A stretch of DNA of 63,750 nucleotides, counting the filler, from Squatina squatina (Eukaryota), in NCBI GenBank assembly GCA_031763465.1. It is 4 parts of 3 records of this genome, joined end to end, with 100 filler letters (N's around TTAATTAATTAA, not from the genome) between each part and the next. Parts side by side here need not be neighbours in the genome. Positions count along the whole stretch, not along the records: positions 16,124 to 29,897 come from JARFOE010000051.1; positions 29,998 to 51,105 come from JARFOE010000192.1; 2 more parts are not named here. One strand, given 5' to 3'. Position numbers and translations under genes: made by a program. The first letter of the stretch is position 1. Each line of letters starts with the position of its first letter. Below, one piece after another: positions 25,733-37,245 of the stretch. The notes beneath the pieces were generated by a model, which searched no databases, had not been told where the DNA came from, and saw only the letters and a program-made list of their open reading frames with translations.

Positions 25733-28396
25733 ACTTCACAATAATGCAATACCAGTTGTAGCAAAACTAAGGATCAGTGGTTAGACTGATGCAAGACATT
25801 CCATACAAGGATTAAAAGAGATGTAAATGGCCTTGTGCGCTAAAATGAATTTCATGTGAGCTGCCTTCTCCTCCAAGTCCTCAGCGAGGTGAACATTCCT
25901 TTAAATGAAGATTTATCTTGAGGTGATGCTCTGGTACAGTTTTCTTTGTATATTCAATTTTCAAGGACAGATAGCAGGCACCTGTCAGCAGGAAGTAAAA
26001 ACTGTAGGATGAACACTGCCTGCTACCAGAAGCCTGGCTCTGATTTGGAGAGAAAAACCCGAGCTCGACAGATCTCTCCTGTGAGAAAGTGAAGTGTGTT
26101 TCACTATAAAGTGTCACTTCAAGAGTGAGGAGAAGCCCATCTCCTCAGATTGGATGTGCTCTCCTCCTTGCCCTTGCTCCAACTGTGTGATATGTAAAGT
26201 CGAACAACAGTGTCTGGTTAAAAGAATATCTATATCAATAGTGCCTACACTGTTGAGTCAGTTTGCTCCCGTCTGGACTGGCCTCTCCGGGCTTATGAAA
26301 CACCTGCNNNNNNNNNNNNNNNNNNNNNNNNNNNNNNNNNNNNNNNNNNNNNNNNNNNNNNNNNNNNNNNNNNNNNNNNNNNNNNNNNNNNNNNNNNNNN
26401 NNNNNNNCACTCCACATTAAACACGTGATATGCAGAGCAATGGGGAGGAGTGGGAGCCTGTGCTCCAATATACATAGTCAAGTGCATCACGTACCAATGC
26501 ACTGTGCCACAAAACTGCTCAATAAATTGGCTATATTTATTTAGAGGTAATAGTTAAAAGTGGTTTGGCGACCAAAAAAACATAGCTTGAAAATAAGGCA
26601 CCTCTACAGGTGAGAAACGTCAGTACACACCTCTGTAACTGAAGAAGCCTTGGGCTTGTCTTTCTTGTGACGCTGGGATAAAGGTCCCCACAAAGTAGTT
26701 TGCTAAGGAAATCAGGATCACTAAGAAGAAGCCAACTTGTGCCTATAGGAAAGAAAGAGAAGGGTATTCTTTGAAGCAGAAACACTGGGAAAAAAAACTC
26801 AGCCCTGCATTGGTTCTGTCCGCTCCTATTCATTTATAATATTTCCCTTGCAAACTGCTCACCACTAACTGGGAGTGAATGGACACTTTGGGTATTGACC
26901 TCTTTACAACCACAACCAATACTACTGGTAATAAGCAGGCAGGAGGGTTAATTAAGTTAATTAATCAAACAATGCTATGTTAACCCTCCTTTCTCATTGA
27001 AGCATTAAGATTCTGAGGGGGATTTACAGGGTAGATGCTGAGAGATTGTTTCCCCTGGCTGGAGAGTCTACAACTGGGGACCATAGTCTCAGGATAAGGT
27101 GTTGGCCATTTAAGACTGAGATGAGGAGGGATTTCTTCACTCAGAGGGCTGCGAGAGTCATACTGGCCTTCTAAAGGGTGAAATTGGGCCTTACTGAGGG
27201 AATCTAGGCTGAGATTATTGGCTGGACTGCCGAAGAGGATATAAGGGCTACAATTTTAGGTTATATACCTGAACAGTTCAGCCACTTCATATCTCAGAGT
27301 TTAAACACTTTCAGTTGCTGGGGTCCTTGTCACTTTCCCACCATTATAGTTCAACATAATTTTCACTACTTGAACTATCACCTTATGTACCAGAATGTCC
27401 ACTTCATCCTCTGCAAATTGAGTTTTCTTGCCCTGTATGCTAAGGATGACATTTTCTGTTGTTGCTGTTACACAATTATTTATAAAGGTTAGCAGCTTAA
27501 TTTCTGGCTTGCTCAGATACTAAGCTATGATTATAACTGGTTTCCAATGATAAGGTGACTTAAATTTCTACCAGCAGCATGACAAAAGCCAAGGGATCAA
27601 AAAACCACACCCAATTGTTTCAGCATCAATTGAAAAGAATGAACATGGAAGATTTGTGCACTTACGTATTCAGATCCAGNNNNNNNNNNNNNNNNNNNNN
27701 NNNNNNNNNNNNNNNNNNNNNNNNNNNNNNNNNNNNNNNNNNNNNNNNNNNNNNNNNNNNNNNNNNNNNNNNNNNNNNNTGTCCCCTTCCACCCATCCCC
27801 CCCCGCCTGACTTCCCCCACTTAGTACTGAATTTATTTTTCCCTCCATATATTAACTCACCTTTTCTGTTTTGCCCATTTTACTTTCCAGAAATTCTGGG
27901 ACAGGAGCCAAATGAGATCACACCAGTATAACACATCGCACCATCATCTGCTAAACATGTTGAGATTAATGGTAGATAATTGCATTAGATTGATTGTACT
28001 GGGGCAAACTGTGACATCTACTTTAATTTATTCGCTGCGATTTACTTTGCACCAACAATTACATTAGTTCAACAGCAGAGCATGTCATACCTGCAAGTCA
28101 CATTTCATCCCTAGTTGTTTACAAGCTTAATTAACATTCTCCGTGGAGGCTGTCTATTAGATTCCGTCATAATTCCTGAAAGCGATGCGTTTCTCAGCTC
28201 ACCTTAGTTCAGGATTTATTACATTTTTCAAAAAATTCCACGGAAACGATAATTAATCGTCTTCAAGCCAATCATTCTCCACACGCGGGGTAGATTTTGG
28301 TGTCTGTCAGACTGTGCTCCGTGTGACCAGCATACGCCCGAACCAAGAGCCTCGAGGATCGATGGGAGTTGGTCCACGGGCTTCATCGACACATCC

Positions 28397-28970
28397 CACT
28401 GCTGCGTTTCCAACATACAACAGCGACTACACTTCAAATGTACTTCATTGGCTGTGAAGGGTTTTGGGACGTCCTGACTAGGGTTGTACTTCCTGGAATT
28501 TAGAAGGTCAAGGGGTGATTTGGTCAAAGTTTTCAAGATATTAAGGGGATAGGGTGGATAGTGAGAAACTATTTCCGCTGGTTGGGGAGTCTGGGACGAG
28601 GGGGCACAGCATAAAAATAAGAGCCAGACCTTTCAGGAGTGAAGTTAGGAAACACTTCTACACTCTGCAGGCTCAAAGGGCCGAATGGCCTACTCCTGCT
28701 CCTATTTTCTATGTTTCAAAGGGTGATAGAATGTTGGAACTCTCTTCCGCAAATCGATGTTGGATCGATTGCTAATTTTAAATCTGAGACTGATAGATTT
28801 CTGTTCACCAAAGGGATTGAGGGATACGGGCCAAAGACGGGTCTATGGAGTTCGGTCACAGATCAGCCCCGATCTCATTGAATGGTGGAACAGGCTCGAG
28901 GGGCTGAATGGCCTCCTCCTGTCCCTATGTTCCTAAGTGGTCGTGAAAGGCACTGTATAAACGCAAGGTC
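28397..28970 (+). mobile_element. Nested insertion: SINE tail > CR1 3' fragment (28478-28937) > second CR1 tail (28664-28716)
   Basis: SINE tail gggacgtcctga|ggtcgtgaaagg is split by the LINE. The LINE sequence cacttctacac|caaagggtg is split relative to the uninterrupted copy at ~36130-36170. Confidence 0.8.
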
Positions 28971-29779
28971 GTTTTTTTTTAATGGCATTCCTGACTTCAA
29001 TGCAAGTAGTGCAGGATCTCATGCAATTTACCTCTATGGTGCCAATCTCTCTCGCATGGTTTGAACGGTGTCGAGACCCACGGGATACTGATTATTTGTG
29101 AGACCATTCAGTGTCCTCTATATATTAGTGTCATAATCACATGCCAGAGTCATGCAGGCAGTTCGTTTCTGTGTTACCCTGAGGTGATTGAGGATCTTTT
29201 CATTTGGCTCTGTATCGAAGCACTGCACACTGAGCAGCTCTCTGACACTGTTTAAATAATTCCCAGTCAGGAAGCAGACGTCCCAATGGAGCTTTCAGTC
29301 TGCTCTTATTTTTAAGTGAGCTGCCTGGCTTTTATTGCGAGTCTAATCTCCAGTTCCCTTGTTTTATCCCTTTCCTGTGTTCCTGCTGCCAATCTCTGCT
29401 CCGGCTGGGAAATGTTCTTTGTAACACACGTGTGAGTTGAATGCAACAATACCTTGAGGGTGAAATTCCCCCGTGCCACTGCGGAGGGCTAGCGCCCAAA
29501 GATTTCAGGTGAGTAGCCCCTCCATTCATGGGTGCCGCAACACCGCAAAATTCGGGACATTTTTTTTGCCTCGGTGGGATCGTCGGGGCGAGAACGGGAT
29601 CTTTAGGCGCAGGTAGGGAGGCGTCCGAGCGGGTCCCGGGGGCGCGGCGCTGCAGCAGGTCATCGAAGAGGGAAGTAGTCGGGCAGATTTTTCTTTTCAG
29701 GTTGGAAGGCAGCTGGAGAAGAGGTCGGGGAAGACCATCAAGAAAAGAAGAGCCTGTCGGTGAGGTTGTCAAAGTGCAG

Positions 29780-29897
29780 AGGTGGGCAGTTTATGTTGCA
29801 GGTACGTGGGCAGTTCTGACCCATGTATGTGGGCAGTTTCTGTGCCATGTATGTGGGCAGTTTCTGACACATGTATGTGGGCAGTTTCTGTGCCATG
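29780..29897 (+). repeat. ~24-bp minisatellite running into the scaffold end
   Basis: Unit gtatgtgggcagtttctg(tgc/aca)cat, about 4-5 copies. Confidence 0.9.
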
Positions 29898-29997
29898 NNN
29901 NNNNNNNNNNNNNNNNNNNNNNNNNNNNNNNNNNNNNNNNNTTAATTAATTAANNNNNNNNNNNNNNNNNNNNNNNNNNNNNNNNNNNNNNNNNNNN
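29898..29997. other. Artificial scaffold-concatenation linker
   Basis: Same N44-TTAATTAATTAA-N44 structure. Confidence 0.97.
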
Positions 29998-30220
29998 TCG
30001 TTTTACAAAGAATAATTATTCGTTCTGAAAGATGATAATTAACAAAGTATTGTATGTGTGACTGATCATGGCGATTATATTAACTTTGATCTTTGATAAA
30101 TATATAGGTTCTCATGCTATCATCATTCATTTAACCATAACCCTAGTTATTATAGATAAGCATGGCAACTTGGTTCCAGAATTCTGATATGGTATTACAA
30201 ATCTTTTTATATTATTTCAG

Positions 30221-30521
30221 AATTTATACCAGAATAGGTTTCTGGGTTTGGCAGCCATGGCGTCGCCTTCCAGAAACTCTCAGAACCGCCGTCGATGCAA
30301 AGATCCCCTCAGGTACAGCTACAACCCTGAGCAATTCCGCAACATGGCCGTCACCATCCCAAGAGCAAATAGCGACACGAACCTGGTGAACTCAGGTAGT
30401 CGCTCCACCCTGATGGTCAGCAGTTCCCGCTACACTATTGGCCAGTCGCAAGACCTCATCATCTGTTGGGACATCAAGGAGGAGGTAGATGCTGGGGATT
30501 GGATCGGAATGTATCTTGTAG
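30221..30521 (+). CDS. HECW1: HECW1 (NEDL1) N-terminal exon
   Basis: NLYQNRFLGLAAMASPSRNSQNRRRCKDPLRYSYNPEQF...WDIKEEVDAGDWIGMYL matches the HECW1 rather than HECW2 N-terminus. tttcag acceptor, gtaaga donor. Confidence 0.95.
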
Positions 30522-32261
30522 GTAAGACTGTTTCCACTCATTGATTATTTGCCTGGAGGATTGGTCTGCTAGTTTTGTGCAGTCAATCACATGTATAGTT
30601 ATTTTAAATATTGCATATTTTCTTGTCATGCAAGTTCTCCAAGTATCTTGCATTAACATGGTAACATCAAACAGATGACAAACTGACTTGAAAATAATAA
30701 AGAAGCCTTTATTCCAAGCACACACATGCTGGCTTTCCAGTTATCCACATAATGTGCATATTTCACATGAATATTAAATATGAGATGACATTGAATAACT
30801 CAAGAAAGATTGATAAGAGAATTGCTGAGAAAAATGTGCTCTTATTTAGAAACTAATGCCAATAATTTCCATAAGGATTTTTCCAATCGCCCGCCATTCA
30901 GAAGAAACCATAGAAGTGGTGTAAGTAGCCATTTACCCTGTCTCTCTGGACTTTCCACTGATTTTCTGTTGAAACTAAGGCAGGGGATTACGAACCCTTG
31001 TGGGAATTCTAATTCTGATTGTTTTTCCAGAGTTTATAACCCCATTGCCTCAGTCCACTATTTCCCAGTAAGAGGCTCACTATTGTAGCAGGATCAGATA
31101 GTTCCTTTTCCTTTCCAGTGATTAAATTTGTTTACTTGGCACCAGCCATATTTGGACTGTCATCTAAAACTAGAGCAGATCTCTTAACTTCCACATTACT
31201 GAACCTCCATCACGAGTTAGTTGGATTAAAGNNNNNNNNNNNNNNNNNNNNNNNNNNNNNNNNNNNNNNNNNNNNNNNNNNNNNNNNNNNNNNNNNNNNN
31301 NNNNNNNNNNNNNNNNNNNNNNNNNNNNNNNAACACTCGGTGCGTTGACACAGTTTGTGTAAAGGAAACATTATTGGATTCCTTGTGTCTGACACGCCAC
31401 AACAAAAATGAAGAGTAAATGTTCTTCTGCCCCAGCACTGAAGACTGTATTGCTTTAAAAAAAAAATTGGATCAGTCGGCTTTATCAAGCAGCAAAAAAT
31501 TGTTGTATGACATATTCATCACTTTAGTTGACCGAGGCTGTCCATATTTTATAATAACGTATGCCTGGTCAGAGAGATTTAGAGCGTGTGCATTTCATTC
31601 GTCGAGAGCAGGGACGCAGTATTGATCATACTGAATTCTGCAGGACATGATGATACTTCAAATCCAGAAATGTAATGAGCAGAACCAAAAATTATTGCTG
31701 CAGCCACTGCAGTCTCCTGTGACTTAGCAGTGGCTCCAGCAATAGGCGTACGATGTAGTGGTGAAGCTTGGTCTTCCCCGCATGCCGCAGCCCATTCCTT
31801 TCAGTATTCTGCTAACTCAGTGCTCCTTCGAACACTCTCAGCCTCCGTCATCCCTTCAGAGGCTAGGGACAGGTTTTCACCGCACACAGCAGAACTGAAT
31901 GAAGTGAGACGCTGGAGGTGCAGGGCGATTTGCTGGAGCAATAAGTGCTGTGTCAGATTTGCTAAATTACCAGTGGCATCTGTCAGGTCACAAATCAAAG
32001 AACAGTGGGAAGTTGTGAATGCAGTTTTGTGGTAGTGCGTAAGCGTTAATAAGCAGGTCCAGCTCTCTGCATTATTTTGGGCTAATTTTGTCATTTTTGC
32101 ACTCTCATCTTTCTNNNNNNNNNNNNNNNNNNNNNNNNNNNNNNNNNNNNNNNNNNNNNNNNNNNNNNNNNNNNNNNNNNNNNNNNNNNNNNNNNNNNNN
32201 NNNNNNNNNNNNNNTGTCATGCGTTTACATATTTATAAGTCTTTTTGTTTACCTTGGTTAG

Positions 32262-32431
32262 GTTTTCAAGCTGTTGGTCTGAAGAAGGGGATGTTCTTTA
32301 ACCCTGATCCTTACCTGAAGATTTCCATTCAGCCAGGAAAACACAGCATCTTCCCAGTACTACCACACCATGGGCAAGAGAAACGCACTGGGATTACTTT
32401 TAACACCATCAACCCTGTATGGCAGAGAGAG
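32262..32431 (+). CDS. HECW1: HECW1 exon, C2 domain
   Basis: [41 protein letters not shown]...NPVWQRE; AG/GT bounded, 170 nt. Confidence 0.95.
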
Positions 32432-33410
32432 GTAGGGAGAGGGAGATGCATATCAGGAGGTAGGGGGCATTCTTCATGCACAAAACAGATCATTCTGTAA
32501 ACTGAACCAAGCTCTTGGAAAGTGTGCTGATTCATTACTGTTTGAAGAAATGTCATTAGACCAGCTTGGTATCGTTTGAATCAATTGGGTTTTTGTGATG
32601 GATTGGGCAACTTTTTATGCTAATTTGTGGGCTAACCAGTATAATTGCCATGAAAGCTGCTGGATTGTTGTGCAAACCCAACTAATTCACTAATGGCCTT
32701 CAGGGAAGGGAACCTGGTATTCCTACATGGTCTGGCCGACATGTCCTACCCTCTGAAGTGGCCTTGCAAGTCAATCAGATGTAAAATAACTATTACAAAA
32801 CAGAAGATAAATCTCAGACAGTCTTGTCGGCAACAACCCATGTATTGGATCAGGACAAGACTCAGAAAAAACTAGCCCAGTTAACACTGCAAAATCCTCC
32901 TCAACAATAGCTAGGGACTGGTGCCTCAGTTGGGAGAGCTAACTAGCTAAGCAAATCAACACCAGACTCATCACCATCTCTGCAAATGTCTGTACTTTGT
33001 ATATATTTGGACCCACAGGCAGGATAGACTCAGCAGAAGTGGCATACATTCNNNNNNNNNNNNNNNNNNNNNNNNNNNNNNNNNNNNNNNNNNNNNNNNN
33101 NNNNNNNNNNNNNNNNNNNNNNNNNNNNNNNNNNNNNNNNNNNNNNNNNNNCTGTGGTACTGCTGCTCTAAAAAAAAGCACCTAGCCATGATCAGCGCAT
33201 TTTCAGTGTTTTGTCACAATGTCAAACAAGGAGACTCAAAACCGAGTTTGGATCCATTCAGAGGGCATACGCTGTTCAGCGAAGTAATGATTAGGAAGTG
33301 GATAATGTATATTGCTTGCAGGGTCCACACTGTGTTTAGGCTGGGCTATTTGTTAGATTTTGCAAGTACCTTGTAATTTAAATGTGGTTCTTTCCCTCTC
33401 TCTCTTGCAG

Positions 33411-33553
33411 CAGCACAGTTTTGTTTCTCTCCCTACGGATGTTCTTGAAATTGAAGTCAAGGACAAGTTTGCAAAGAGTCGTCCCATTATAAAGCGCTTT
33501 CTAGGAAAGCTTTCAATGCCAGTACAACGATTATTGGAAAGGCATGCGATAGG
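33411..33553 (+). CDS. HECW1: HECW1 exon, C2 domain
   Basis: [48 protein letters not shown]; long pyrimidine tract plus cag, gtaagt donor. Confidence 0.95.
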
Positions 33554-35714
33554 GTAAGTCTTTGCATATTTTCTCTGTGAGAACAGAACTATTTGTATTT
33601 CAATTGTTGAAGAATATATTTTAATATTATGTGGAGTAAAAATATCAATTTTTTAGCAAGGAAAGACGATTTAATATATGAAGTTACTTTGTCAAACTTT
33701 GATTTTAACAAAAACCGTGAATCCAGGAAATCAGGAATAAAAAGGAAAATGCTGGAAATGTGCAGCAAGTAAGTCAATATCTAAATTAATTGGTGAAGGG
33801 TACCACCTTCATCGTAAACCTGTTTCTCTCTTTCAGATGTTGGTTGACCTGTCATACATTTCCACAATTTTTGTTTTTACTTTGATATGCTGATCAGAAT
33901 ACATGCTCTAAGATTCTGTCAAAATATAGTCAAATGTTGCCTGTGTTTGTATCCCAGTCCTGGTGGGAAGAACTTCTATCTTGTTTTGTTTTTAATTTTC
34001 CCTGGTAAGTTAATGTAACTGACAAGCAACATTTATTGCCCTGAGCCTATTAACATTCAAGTGTGGGATTGGAGTTTCGGTAAGCCAGACCAGCGAGGGT
34101 GCCAGACTTCTTTCCCTAAAGGTCGGTGGTGAACCAGTTGGGTTATAATGACAATCCAGTGGTTTTCATGGTCATTTTTTTCTAATGTTAGCCCACAAAT
34201 TGCCCAGTTCAATTTTACAACATGGCACAATGTGATTTCAACTCCTAACCTTTGGGCCTAACCGGGCTGCTGTATTCTGCACTGCGGCGTTTCTCATATT
34301 TCTGTAAAAGCTTGAAGATTAAGTTACAGACTTTAATAATCTTTTCCCAGCCATCTTTGATTGGCATTTACATTTATATGTACAACATTTAGGGCTAAAA
34401 ATTTTGGGGTTTAACACCACCTGTTACCGGCAAAAATGGCGCAAGAGTGGCAGGTCACGCGGCATCTGACATTTTGCTCCTCCTTGTAACGCTACCGGTA
34501 AGTATTAGCGCCCTGCAAAAAAAAGTGATGGATTGTTGATGTGCACACTGAGTTAACGTCACCGTGGCCAACTTTGACCGTAGCGCTGGCCATAAACACG
34601 CCAGGGAAACCCAGCGTGTAAAGAGACTAACAGAGGTGCTGGCATCACCTCTTAAAGGGACACACACATTTTTCAGGTAAGATTGCATCTAAGTTTTTGG
34701 ACTGGAGCTTTGTTTTATTTTAATGAAGTAGTGGCTTGCTGCACTAGATGTNNNNNNNNNNTTTTTAAGTGTGTAGGGGGTGCTGCTGGACACTTTTCAA
34801 GGCCTCAGAAGGTAAAGTAAGGCCTCTGAGAAAACAGAAAATGCTGCAAATACTAAACAGGTCAGGCAACATCCTTGGAGAGAGAAATAGAGTTTATGTC
34901 TCAGGTCGAGATGCTGCATGAGCTGCTGAGTATTTCGAGCATATTATGCTGGTATTTCAGATTTACAGCATCCACACAGAGAGGGAAGAGAAAGACACAG
35001 AAGAAGAAGTCGCAGAAGAGGAGGNNNNNNNNNNNNNNNNNNNNNNNNNNNNNNNNNNNNNNNNNNNNNNNNNNNNNNNNNNNNNNNNNNNNNNNNNNNN
35101 NNNNNNNNNNNNNNNNNNNNNNNNCTCTCGATGTGCAGTCACGTATTAGTATTATTCTGAGGTAAACTTTTAAATTACAAACAGAAATATGTATGTGATT
35201 TTCCAAATATATATCATGAGTAAACATTCACCTCACTAAGGATCAACTGTTGAATTTCCCCCTTTTAGTTGCAGTGCTCTCTGAGGCAGTGCAAGGCCCA
35301 GGTGGAAGTGTAAAATGACTGCTGCAGTGCACAGTCCATGGAGAACATTTTACATATCTGTCAAGTAATAGAAAACAACATGACAATGGGATTTACCTGC
35401 CAGTTCCATTGACAAGAAACCTATCGAGTGAATAATGTAGCCCATCTGCTTAATTGGTCGGGTTAACAGCTGATTTGATAGCTATCGATCAAAGCAGAGC
35501 TTCAACGGTAGTTTATGTAAGTGCTGGTCATCCAATACTTTCCCAATGGCTACCAAAAAAAAACCATTCCATGTGAATGTACTGAGTTTCTCTGCTGCAT
35601 GCTTTTAATCATAATAAATCTTTGGCCTAGTTTCAAGCTGCTGTAGTAAATGTCAAAATCCTGTTTTATTATTCATGTGGGGAGAGTCCTATCATCATGT
35701 TTGTTTTCTTTCAG

Positions 35715-35815
35715 GGATAGGGTGGTGAGCTATACATTGGGTCGAAGGCTGCCAACAGACCATGTCAGCGGACAGCTGCAGTTCCGATTCGAGATAACAT
35801 CTTCAATCCATCAAG
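35715..35815 (+). CDS. HECW1: HECW1 exon, end of C2 domain
   Basis: [33 protein letters not shown]; tttcag acceptor, weak gttgct donor. Phase is compatible with the flanking exons. Confidence 0.92.
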
Positions 35816-35942
35816 GTTGCTGTTTGTTTATTGACATTAAACAAAAATTGAAAAGTACCTTTTGATTACAGGGACTAATCTGATTTTAGCAGGATGCTAT
35901 AGAAACACCTCACAATATATCCAATCGCTATTGGGAGAAAAT

Positions 35943-36289
35943 GAACATAGGAACAGGGAGTAGGCCATTCATCCCCTCGAGCCTGTTCCGCCATTCAGTC
36001 AGATCATGGCTGACCTGCAATCTAACTCCACATATGGCCTGTAACCCTTAATACTTTTGGTTAACAATCAATCTCAAATTTAAAATTAACAATTGATCTA
36101 GCATCAATTGCCATTTGTGGAAAAGAGCTCCAAACTTCTACCACCCTTTGTGTGTAGAAGTGTTTTCTAGTTTCACTCCTGAGAGGTCTGATTCTAATTT
36201 TTAGACTATGCCCCCAAGTCCGAGACTCCCCAACCAGCGAAAATAGTCTATCTCTATATACCCTATCTGTTCTCCCTTAATATCTTGAA
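35943..36289 (-). mobile_element. CR1-like LINE 3' end
   Basis: gaacataggaacagggagtaggccattc...; reverse complement of the family at 28478-28937. Confidence 0.8.
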
Positions 36290-37245
36290 NNNNNNNNNNN
36301 NNNNNNNNNNNNNNNNNNNNNNNNNNNNNNNNNNNNNNNNNNNNNNNNNNNNNNNNNNNNNNNNNNNNNNNNNNNNNNNNNNNNNNNNNNNNNNNNNNNN
36401 NNNNNNNNNNNNNNNNNNNNNNNNNNNNNNNNNNNNNNNNNNNNNNNNNNNNNNNNNNNNNNNNNNNNNNNNNNNNNNNNNNNNNNNNNNNNNNNNNNNN
36501 NNNNNNNNNNNNNNNNNNNNNNNNNNNNNNNNNNNNNNNNNNNNNNNNNNNNNNNNNNNNNNNNNNNNNNNNNNNNNNNNNNNNNNNNNNNNNNNNNNNN
36601 NNNNNNNNNNNNNNNNNNNNNNNNNNNNNNNNNNNNNNNNNNNNNNNNNNNNNNNNNNNNNNNNNNNNNNNNNNNNNNNNNNNNNNNNNNNNNNNNNNNN
36701 NNNNNNNNNNNNNNNNNNNNNNNNNNNNNNNNNNNNNNNNNNNNNNNNNNNNNNNNNNNNNNNNNNNNNNNNNNNNNNNNNNNNNNNNNNNNNNNNNNNN
36801 NNNNNNNNNNNNNNNNNNNNNNNNNNNNNNNNNNNNNNNNNNNNNNNNNNNNNNNNNNNNNNNNNNNNNNNNNNNNNNNNNNNNNNNNNNNNNNNNNNNN
36901 NNNNNNNNNNATTCCAGTAGATTTGTCAAGCATACTTTGAAAATGTTCTACAACACAGCATTTTACTGAATGAACTAGTAACGCCAAGCGGCAGAGAACA
37001 GGCTCCAGCCCTTTCTGGGGCGATTAAGATTTTCAACTGCCGGTTGCCTTCAGGCAAATAACGGTTGGCCAGCAGTTAAAAATCACCGTCACGATCTGCC
37101 TTTCTTCTTTCTGGATGCTTATTGACCTGCTGTGTATTTCCAGCATTTGTTGTTTTAACTAGAAGTGTAACTATATAGGCTTCATATGGAGCAGTCTATG
37201 TTGAGGTGCTTTTATTTGCTAATGATTATATCTGACACTTTTTAG

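Noticed and set aside
36201-36987. Long ORFs in the ORF track
   Set aside because: Almost entirely X from N gaps.
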